Below the pieces are notes generated by a model. It searched no databases, was not told the origin of the DNA, and worked only from the letters and a program-made list of their open reading frames with translations. A stretch of 64,000 nucleotides of DNA from assembly GCA_902524845.1 (NCBI GenBank), contig CABZEW010000002.1:1160-65159 (forward strand), in the 5' to 3' direction. This DNA is from an uncultured Alphaproteobacteria bacterium. GTDB taxonomy: Bacteria; Pseudomonadota; Alphaproteobacteria; Rhodobacterales; Rhodobacteraceae. Positions 58,006 through 64,000 of the stretch are shown here, one piece after another (position 1 is the first letter of the stretch; the number at the start of each line of letters is the position of its first letter). A program made the translations under genes and the position numbers.

Positions 58006-58443
58006 CTAAAATAGAGTTTCCGACACTTTACTTGTTGCTTTTATAGTTACTAAAGCAGAGGCAGTTAGTATCCTATTTTCATTTTTTATCGTATACACTT
58101 TCGATTCTCCATGGAAAATACTCCGACCCCCTTGTAAAATCTCTGCTTCAGCGATCAGCCTTTCCCCATCTGCAATATTTAAAAAATTAATCTTAAACTC
58201 AATTGTTAAAGGCTCTTTGTCCTTACCCATCAAGGTCATTGCAGCAAATCCAGCGGCATTGTCCGCAATTGCTCCTGAAATCCCACCATGAAACAAACCA
58301 TGTTGCTGAGTTATACTTCTTTCATAAGCGACTTCTATGCAAGCTTTCCGGGGCGATATCGCAGAGAGTTTTGCGCCTATATAAGGCATAAGGGGTTGAT
58401 TTAAGAAAGACGCTCTCAATTCTTTTTCTGTACGAACTTCCAA
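58006..58443 (-). CDS. PaaI-family hotdog-fold thioesterase
   Basis: HGLFHGGISGAIADNAAGFA motif. The track ORF overlaps the upstream gene, so a TTG at 58443 (5 nt after the upstream stop) or the ATG at 58389 is the likelier start. Confidence 0.7.
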   Translation of the reverse strand: MEVRTEKELRASFLNQPLMPYIGAKLSAISPRKACIEVAYERSITQQHGLFHGGISGAIADNAAGFAAMTLMGKDKEPLTIEFKINFLNIADGERLIAEAEILQGGRSIFHGESKVYTIKNENRILTASALVTIKATSKVSETLF

Positions 58444-58447
58444 AGTT

Positions 58448-59047
58448 TTAAACCCTATGTTTTCCAACCGTCCAATTGGTGGGTTTCTTAAGATATTTTT
58501 CACCTTTCTCAATTGGCAAATCTTCCAGAGATGATCCCATACTGTCATTCCAACGGTTGAGAAAGCCAAACAATGCAATAACACCCATCATCTCAACAAT
58601 ATCACTATCATTCCAATAAGTTTTTAATTGCGATATTTCTTTCTCCGTGACCTTATTAGGAACAGATGCTGCCGCGCTAGCAAAGTCTAAAGCGGCTTTC
58701 TCTGCATTTGAAAAAACAGACGAATTCGAATAATTCCAAACCTCCTCTAGTCTTTTTTCTGTGCTTCCGAAGCGTTCCGCTCCTAAAATAGTGTGAGCTT
58801 GGCAATAAAGACATCCCGAAGAAAAACTTGTTATATATCCGATAAGTCTTTTAAACTCAGGCGTAACTGACCCTTTGCATTCCATTACCGCGATGTTAAG
58901 GTCTGTGAATGCATCGGCAACATTGGGGTGGTAACTCATCGTTTTAACGGAGCTTGGTATAACACCTAGGGGTCCTTTAAAGAACTGTATTTTATCTAAT
59001 AAAGTTGGATCAATTTTGTTTTCTTCAAGGGGCTTCACAATTTCCAT
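58448..59047 (-). CDS. carboxymuconolactone decarboxylase / peroxidase-related (AhpD-like) family protein
   Basis: 199 aa with a SSGCLYCQAH C-x-x-C-x-x-H motif. Confidence 0.75.
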   Translation of the reverse strand: MEIVKPLEENKIDPTLLDKIQFFKGPLGVIPSSVKTMSYHPNVADAFTDLNIAVMECKGSVTPEFKRLIGYITSFSSGCLYCQAHTILGAERFGSTEKRLEEVWNYSNSSVFSNAEKAALDFASAAASVPNKVTEKEISQLKTYWNDSDIVEMMGVIALFGFLNRWNDSMGSSLEDLPIEKGEKYLKKPTNWTVGKHRV

Positions 59048-59427
59048 ATTGTCCTTTCAAACTATTTTATAATTTTCAAAATTATTTCAGAATAAAAAAA
59101 AATAGCACGAATTTAAATTTCAATCGTCACAATGATGTTAAATACTACCTACCTTTAAAATTAATAGCTGAGAAATATTACGCAAATTTATTTAGGTAAT
59201 AAACCTCTTTATGTTTTCAATATAGATTTAAATTTCTCTAATATTAACGAGGCTATTTGAAAATTGGTTCCCCTCATACATAGGTTTGGGTTTATATTGG
59301 GAGTATGAGGGGACTATATGACTGCAAAACGCATGCCATTAGATACAATACCACAAACTTGAATAAAAAAAAATCATAGTTTTTTTCTATCTAAAGATAC
59401 TTTCTTTTTGTGCTTTATATAACTAAT

Positions 59428-60597
59428 ATGCTTACAGGTAAGGAGGAAATAAAGTTGCCCGGATTTGAGGTTATTGATGAAAGAGAGAAAAAAGCAATTT
59501 CTAACATCTTTGATGAGGGGAAAGTTTTTTTTGCTCACGGTTTCGATACAAAAAGAAAACATTTTCATGTAAGAGAATTCGAGAAAAAATTGAAAGCTGT
59601 TTTTAGCCCCCAAATGGCGGATGCTCTTTGCGTCTCATCTGGGACTGCCGCGATAAAAGTAGCGCTGAAGGCTTTAGGTGTAGGTAAAGGTGATCATGTT
59701 ATAACTCAGGCCTTCAATTTCATTGCGACAGTAGAGGCAATCGTAGACACTGGTGCGAGTGTAATTTTTACTGATGTAGATGATACGTTAAATATGAACC
59801 CTAAAAGTCTAGAAAGATTAATAACAAAAAAAACAAAAGCTATCATACCTGTTCATATGCTTGGGGTCCCTGCAGATATGATATCAATTAACAGGGTAAG
59901 TAAAAAAAATAAAATCCCGGTAATTGAGGATGCATGTGAGGCGATAGGAGCAAAAGTTGCACGAAAATTTGTTGGGGGGTTGAGTGAATTTGGAGTATTC
60001 AGTTTTGACTTTGGCAAAATGATTACAACCGGTGAGGGGGGCGCACTTTTTTCAAAGAGGAAAAGCGATGGAAAAAACGCGAGAATGTATCACGATCACG
60101 GCCATAAAAATATCCCCAATTTGCCAAGAGGTTTAGATCGTGCTGGGTTAATAGGTTTTAATTATAGGATGACAGAAATAAGTGGAGCCTTTGGCAAAGT
60201 TCAGTTGCAAAAATTTCCAAGAATTTTGAAAGAATCTCGAAAAAGATATCGTACCCTTGAGAGATACATTAGACACAATGAGATAAAATTCAGAGACATA
60301 AATCCAGGTAATGAGCCCAATTATGATACTTTCGTTATCTCTATAGAAAATAAAAAAATACGTGACCGAGTGATAGGTGTTTTAAACAAAACTGGCTTTG
60401 GCACGAAAAACTTACCTGATGCATTTAACTGGCATTGTGCGTATTTTTGGGAACATATCGATAAAAAAATTAGGAATAAGGAGGTGACCAATTGCTATAA
60501 TAGGTTGATAAAATGCATTGCTATTCCAATTTTAGTATCGAGGCCAATTATAGATTACAAAAATATAGCCAGTTATATTAATGAATGCTCAGAATGA
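59428..60597 (+). CDS. DegT/DnrJ/EryC1/StrS-family PLP-dependent sugar aminotransferase
   Basis: FSFDFGKMITTGEGG (PLP lysine) and an N-terminal EKKAISNIFDEG. ATG at 59428. Confidence 0.8.
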   Translation: MLTGKEEIKLPGFEVIDEREKKAISNIFDEGKVFFAHGFDTKRKHFHVREFEKKLKAVFSPQMADALCVSSGTAAIKVALKALGVGKGDHVITQAFNFIATVEAIVDTGASVIFTDVDDTLNMNPKSLERLITKKTKAIIPVHMLGVPADMISINRVSKKNKIPVIEDACEAIGAKVARKFVGGLSEFGVFSFDFGKMITTGEGGALFSKRKSDGKNARMYHDHGHKNIPNLPRGLDRAGLIGFNYRMTEISGAFGKVQLQKFPRILKESRKRYRTLERYIRHNEIKFRDINPGNEPNYDTFVISIENKKIRDRVIGVLNKTGFGTKNLPDAFNWHCAYFWEHIDKKIRNKEVTNCYNRLIKCIAIPILVSRPIIDYKNIASYINECSE

Positions 60598-61381
60598 AAA
60601 CTTTGTTATAGTTATTCCTGCTCGAAAAAATTCAAAAAGGCTTAAAGACAAGAATTTTAAGGATTTTCATGGATTTCCTCTATTTGAGTGGAGTTTGGCA
60701 GCTGGGTTGTTTTTAAAGAATCAGCTCAGCGACTCAAGAAAGATTTCAGTTATTTGTTCGAGCGATGATGATCGGATTTTAGATCTAGTAAAAAAGAAAT
60801 ATTCTTCTCATGTTTATACTGTTCAAAGGGATCCAAAGCTTTCTGATAGTCAGGCAGTTCTATCTGACGTTATAATTGATTGTATTTATAGGTTAGCTGA
60901 TAAACAAGACATCAGTTTGGATGATTATTTAGGTGGAAGCTTTATATTGTTACAACCAACCTCTCCAATTAGATTAAAAAATGATCTAGTTAATTTTTGC
61001 AGACAAATAAAAAACATGGGAGATCATCTTTCTTTGGTATCTGTCAATGAAGATTATGATAAAATCAAAGATATTTATCAGATTGAAAATTACAAAAAAG
61101 TAAATTCAAATTTTTCAATAGGCCACATAGGTAAAAAACTGCTTTCACGGCAAGACATAGCCAAAAATAGTAATACAGCTTTTGTCGATGGAAGTTTATA
61201 TCTAGGCTTTATATCTATGCTAAAAGAAAAAGGCTTCATGCCTGAAGCCAAGACTCTGGCTTTTCCTCTTTCGGTTGATTGCTCAATGGACATTGATACG
61301 GAAGATGAGTTTAAAGATGCGTTGATCTCGATCGAAAAACTACAAGATTTGGGAATAGAGTATGTCAAACCAGCTCTATGA
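60581..61381 (+). CDS. acylneuraminate/nonulosonate cytidylyltransferase family protein
   Basis: VIVIPARKNSKRLKDKN and LLQPTSPIR motifs of CMP-NeuAc synthetase-like enzymes. Confidence 0.75.
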   Translation: MNAQNENFVIVIPARKNSKRLKDKNFKDFHGFPLFEWSLAAGLFLKNQLSDSRKISVICSSDDDRILDLVKKKYSSHVYTVQRDPKLSDSQAVLSDVIIDCIYRLADKQDISLDDYLGGSFILLQPTSPIRLKNDLVNFCRQIKNMGDHLSLVSVNEDYDKIKDIYQIENYKKVNSNFSIGHIGKKLLSRQDIAKNSNTAFVDGSLYLGFISMLKEKGFMPEAKTLAFPLSVDCSMDIDTEDEFKDALISIEKLQDLGIEYVKPAL

Positions 61382-62906
61382 CTTAGCAATTATCGGTGCT
61401 GGGACCTCTGGGTTAGAAATTGCAAAAAATGCTAGCAGATCTGGTTTCAAAGTATGTTTAATTGAACAGGGAAATTCTGAAGGCAAAAGTTATTTAAATA
61501 AAGTCCCATTATTATCAGGGAAACTACTTCAAAACGATAAACATTGTTTAAGCTTCATATCTAAGAAGCAAGAAGGTTTAGGAAATCGAGAATTGCCCAT
61601 TCTCCAGGGAACTGGGTTTGGTGGTTCAAGTTTAATAAATGGAAATGTTTCATACTTAGGTTTTAAGAAGAGATTTGAAGATGTCTTTTACTTTTGGCCA
61701 AGAAATTTTTTCCAGAAAATTTTGGACAGCATATATCGTAATGCGGATTTCTCATATAATAGAGAGTACGGATATTCAGATCAACTAACCGATATTTTTA
61801 GCAAAACTCTGAACAGTATTTCAATCCCTGAGGTGGCGGATTTGGATAATTTTTTAGAAGGTTGGGCAAAACTCCACCTTAATATGCTTGACTCAAAAAG
61901 ATATAATTTTTCAAATGATTTTGAAGAAAATGCCAAACATAGAAATATTGTGAGGCTAGCAAATACGCGTGCGATAAAACTCCTTTTTAGAGATAATGAT
62001 GCGTCGGGAGTTGAATGCGAAAATTTGTTAACAAATGCAAAAACTGTTGTTAACGCACGAAAGATAGTTGTTTCAGCTGGCACAATATTTTCACCGTTTA
62101 TTCTGATGCAGTCAGGTATCGGGGATCCCAAAGATGTCAACAAAGCTGGTGTCCCATTGAAAATCAAACAAGAACATGTAGGAAAACATTTGAGAGATCA
62201 TGCGAATTTTAGGATTGAATTTGATTGCACTGGATTTGATACGCTCAATCAAAAAACACGTGGGTTGAAATTATTAATTGAACTGACCAAGTATATCACC
62301 TCAATGAATTCGATTTTTAAAAGTCAAGGAGTGACTCTTGCCTGGAATAAATCAAGTTTTAATAACAAAAATAATATTAATGACCTGGTGAGATTTCATT
62401 TGGTGCATTTCACACAAGATCGAAGCTTGTTATCTTCCAAAGGCATTAGATTTCAAAAAACCCAGAGAGCGTCAATTGGGTGCTTTCAAGTTTTTCCAAA
62501 ATCTGAAGGATCAATTTCTCTTAATAATGAGAAAAGCATTGAAATTGATCCAAACTATTTGTCAAAAAAATCTGATAGAGTTCTCGCTCATAAAGCTTAT
62601 GTTAGTGCACTAAACCTTTTAAAAAAATCGGGCTTTTCTGAAAGCGGGAAAGATCTCCTGCCGAACAATATCGAGCAAAACATAGAGTCAGAAACCTATT
62701 CCGGATACCATCTTATAGGAACCAATAGAATGTCCAGAGATAAAAATAGTGGGGTAGTTGACGAAAATTTTAAAGTGTTTGGAATAAATAATCTTTATGT
62801 ATGTGATGCTTCGATATTTCCAGATTTTGTGTCTACGCATCAATATTTGCCTACTTTAGCAGCCAGTAAGGTTTTTTCTCTTAAACAAGGATTTATTAAT
62901 GGGTAG
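61362..62906 (+). CDS. GMC-family FAD oxidoreductase
   Basis: YDLAIIGAGTSGLEIA dinucleotide fold, GGSSLINGN and a C-terminal HLIGTNRM active-site region. Confidence 0.8.
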   Translation: MSNQLYDLAIIGAGTSGLEIAKNASRSGFKVCLIEQGNSEGKSYLNKVPLLSGKLLQNDKHCLSFISKKQEGLGNRELPILQGTGFGGSSLINGNVSYLGFKKRFEDVFYFWPRNFFQKILDSIYRNADFSYNREYGYSDQLTDIFSKTLNSISIPEVADLDNFLEGWAKLHLNMLDSKRYNFSNDFEENAKHRNIVRLANTRAIKLLFRDNDASGVECENLLTNAKTVVNARKIVVSAGTIFSPFILMQSGIGDPKDVNKAGVPLKIKQEHVGKHLRDHANFRIEFDCTGFDTLNQKTRGLKLLIELTKYITSMNSIFKSQGVTLAWNKSSFNNKNNINDLVRFHLVHFTQDRSLLSSKGIRFQKTQRASIGCFQVFPKSEGSISLNNEKSIEIDPNYLSKKSDRVLAHKAYVSALNLLKKSGFSESGKDLLPNNIEQNIESETYSGYHLIGTNRMSRDKNSGVVDENFKVFGINNLYVCDASIFPDFVSTHQYLPTLAASKVFSLKQGFING

Positions 62907-64000
62907 AGGTCTCAAAGAACGTTTTCTGTAAATTCAATTCCCAAATTTTTTTATTATTTAAAATCTTTGTGAATTTTTTTGCTGATTGGCCGGTCCCAAA
63001 ACTATTATCAGTCTGAAAACGTTTGCCCCATTGGGTCTCAACCACCTTATCAAGTTGCTTGGTTTTTAGAACATCGAAGTTTTTTATACTTTTTGCCTCA
63101 CCTCTTCTAAATTGCCTTGACCCTATATTTATAGAAGGGATCCCAAGGAAAGGAGCTTCTCGAACTCCGGCAGAACTATTCCCAACAATTATTTGGGCAT
63201 GTTTCAGTAAACTCGAAAAATACGAAAATCTCATCGAAGGTATCTGTTTAAAATGAGACCTTGGTAGTTTTCCGATAGTCTTGAATATTATTTCACACCC
63301 AGGGTCATTGTTTGGAGAGATAACTACAAAATTCTTTTTTATTTTTTGCAAAGAATGGCAGCAAATTTGGATCTCTTTCTTTAAACTTTCTAATTCGGAA
63401 GTGACAGAGTGAAATATAAAAATCCCATAGTCATCCCAGTCAATATCGTAATAATTTAAAACCTCATTTATCGGAATCATGTCTCTTGCTCTATGTACAT
63501 CAAGTTCTGGAGACCCCAGAACAAAAACCCTATCGGGGTGCTCTCCAAGTTTCGTAACTCGCCTTTTTGCCGATTTTGAACTTACAAAGTGGACTGTGCA
63601 TAACTTGGTATTACAATGGCGATAAACTTCATCTATAGTTCCCGACACCTCTCCTCCTTCGATATGAGCGCTTCGGATGTTATTTGTGGCACACACAAGA
63701 GAGGCCGCAACTGCCTCAATTCTATCTCCATGGATCAAAACAAGATCAGGCTTTAATTTTCTGACATATTCGGAGATGCCTGTAATAGTTTTAGAAAGAA
63801 TTTTATCTTGAGGATCCCCCTCCATTTGATTGATAAATTCAAATCTTGAAATATCTTCCATCCTTGAAACTTCTATGCTCGTAAGACCATACTTTTCCAG
63901 AAGATGCATGCCTGTAACAAAAAAGTAAATTTTAAATCCTGCCGATTTTGCACTGGAGGCTAATGGTTCAAGTTTGCCGAAGTCAGCTCTTGTACCTGTT
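62896..64000 (-). CDS. neuC: UDP-N-acetylglucosamine 2-epimerase (hydrolysing), NeuC family; partial, N-terminus beyond window
   Basis: HGDRIEAVAASLVCATNNIRSAHIEGGEVSGTIDE. The frame stays open upstream of the track's Met (TGTRADFGKLEPLASSAKSAGFKIYFFVTGMH) to the window edge. Confidence 0.75.
   Translation of the reverse strand, partial: TGTRADFGKLEPLASSAKSAGFKIYFFVTGMHLLEKYGLTSIEVSRMEDISRFEFINQMEGDPQDKILSKTITGISEYVRKLKPDLVLIHGDRIEAVAASLVCATNNIRSAHIEGGEVSGTIDEVYRHCNTKLCTVHFVSSKSAKRRVTKLGEHPDRVFVLGSPELDVHRARDMIPINEVLNYYDIDWDDYGIFIFHSVTSELESLKKEIQICCHSLQKIKKNFVVISPNNDPGCEIIFKTIGKLPRSHFKQIPSMRFSYFSSLLKHAQIIVGNSSAGVREAPFLGIPSINIGSRQFRRGEAKSIKNFDVLKTKQLDKVVETQWGKRFQTDNSFGTGQSAKKFTKILNNKKIWELNLQKTFFETSTH

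Noticed and set aside
1136-63256. The many 60-150-aa track ORFs antisense to or nested in long conserved genes (e.g. 1136..1345, 1870..2208, 2575..2796, 3747..4094, 8016..8295, 11437..12027, 14393..14845, 22491..22688, 24008..24226, 35256..35780, 47206..47544, 47771..48115, 49597..51519, 61781..62167, 63023..63256)
   Set aside because: Each overlaps a longer ORF that has clear family motifs. Their low-complexity or hydrophobic translations are typical of shadow frames in AT-rich DNA.

Overview
Low-GC (about 35% by eye) bacterial chromosomal segment, probably from a marine proteobacterium; the taxon cannot be fixed from sequence alone. Positions 1-6600 are core genes: bactofilin, lipid A-type acyltransferase, infC, thrS, a glycosyltransferase and a hydrolase. 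An intact tRNA-Thr(UGU) lies at 6630-6705. It is followed by a tyrosine integrase and a compact 492-aa protein carrying T7-RNAP-like polymerase motifs. From there to about 44.5 kb the sequence is cut into about 16 short cassettes (0.7-5.5 kb, 1-5 unrelated genes each). Each cassette is bounded by a same-strand composite repeat with three parts: a left module (GTTGTAAAC CCCCATCTGCTGCACACTCCAAGAA...), tandem 12-mers (GGTAGACCAAAN x2) and, in full-length copies, a pseudo-copy of the tRNA-Thr D-arm-to-CCA segment. The same 12-mers overlap the integrase start codon. I read this as a tRNA-anchored, integron-like or tycheposon-like cassette array built by serial site-specific integration, with only the tRNA-proximal unit still carrying int. 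Cargo includes four class III nucleotidyl cyclases (a fifth lies outside the array), an XDH-family molybdoenzyme, a 5'-nucleotidase, Ni/Co uptake proteins, hydrolases and a DEAD-box helicase, and two small cassette genes are inactivated by in-frame stops. A roughly 600-bp noncoding module occurs twice inside the array (15448-16050 and 32357-32965). It has a near-consensus sigma70 promoter, a structured roughly 105-nt 5' segment with one compensatory base-pair change, and frame-breaking indels, so it is a candidate novel ncRNA or leader. Positions 44.5-59 kb hold ordinary metabolic genes, starting with an acyl-CoA ligase pseudogene just past the last repeat, followed by threonine dehydratase, an SdhAB-like pair, metY, lrp, crotonase, amidase, the fifth cyclase, a thioesterase and a CMD-family gene. 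Positions 59.4-64 kb begin a nonulosonic-acid/sugar-modification cluster. No CRISPR array, rRNA, IS transposase or phage structural gene was seen.
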